Source: Nitrospinota bacterium
GTDB lineage: Bacteria > Nitrospinota > Nitrospinia > Nitrospinales > VA-1
DNA length: 58,087 nucleotides
Direction of reading: 5' to 3'
Assembly (NCBI GenBank): GCA_038108555.1
Contig: JAYNIA010000003.1
Coordinates: 1-58,087, forward strand
The notes under the pieces: generated by a model
What the model was told of the DNA's origin: nothing
Database searches by the model: none
What the model saw: the letters and a program-made list of their open reading frames with translations, nothing else
Program-made: the position numbers and the translations under genes
Part shown: positions 57,646-58,087 of the stretch, in pieces
How positions within the stretch are numbered: the first letter of the stretch is position 1
Layout of the letters: every line of letters begins with the position of its first letter

Positions 57646-57698
57646 TCGGTCTTCTCGGTTTTTGGTAAGTTCGTTTCAGCAAAATAAATATAATCTTT

Positions 57699-58087
57699 TT
57701 AAAGTTCTCGGGGAACCAAAAAAATGGAAGACGGAAACTTCTCACCGGTTTTAGGGTGGCGAATCGTTCGCTTCAGAACAAAATCAAAAAGCAAAGGATT
57801 GAAACGGTAAATCAAATTTAAAGCTTCTCTCTCTTCTTTAGAAATAAACCCCTCTTTCACTAACGCCCGGGTCTGAATAACAGCATTTACTGCGGGCAGG
57901 GGATAGTCACTGCCATTGATCAGGCGCGGGTGCCATTCTTTTTTCTCAATCAACGTCTGAAGGGGTCCATCAAACCGGTTGTGCTGTGTCAGGCCGGAAA
58001 TTTCTCCAAACAATAAACCCTCATAACGCTTTTCATTCATCATCCGTGCAAAAAAGTCGAAATTCTTTCCCTCACCTTTGGAGGGAT
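57699..58087 (-). CDS. amidohydrolase family protein (5'-truncated by the window edge)
   Basis: RLINGSDYPLP; the frame is open to the window end. Confidence 0.75.
   Translation of the reverse strand, partial: PSKGEGKNFDFFARMMNEKRYEGLLFGEISGLTQHNRFDGPLQTLIEKKEWHPRLINGSDYPLPAVNAVIQTRALVKEGFISKEEREALNLIYRFNPLLFDFVLKRTIRHPKTGEKFPSSIFLVPREL

Overview
This is a chromosomal segment from a nitrite-oxidising bacterium, almost certainly Nitrospinota/Nitrospinaceae, based on a periplasmic (Tat-exported) nxrABC operon at 44.5-50.4 kb. In order, the window holds: tRNA-Thr(CGT); thiamine salvage genes (thiD, tenA); a TIR-like/TPR gene; a duplicated TetR/YHS module with DM13, thioredoxin and cytochrome P460 genes and a shared TATAC-N6-GTATA operator; an HD-GYP phosphodiesterase; several orphan genes; a CarH/LitR-type B12 regulator operon with cbiX; purD; an ABC importer; a radical SAM-DUF547-MauE operon; a TMTC-like glycosyltransferase plus a GT4; tmRNA; an Hc1-like small gene; a two-component cluster; a sigma54-type flagellar operon (flgFGAH-[two Ig-like lipoproteins]-flgIJNKL); rhodanese; nxrABC with a long leader; coaD; an aminotransferase; a BFD-like ferredoxin; lnt; and a decayed alpha/beta hydrolase. 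I saw no integrase, transposase or CRISPR array. All family assignments come from motif recognition by eye, not database searches.
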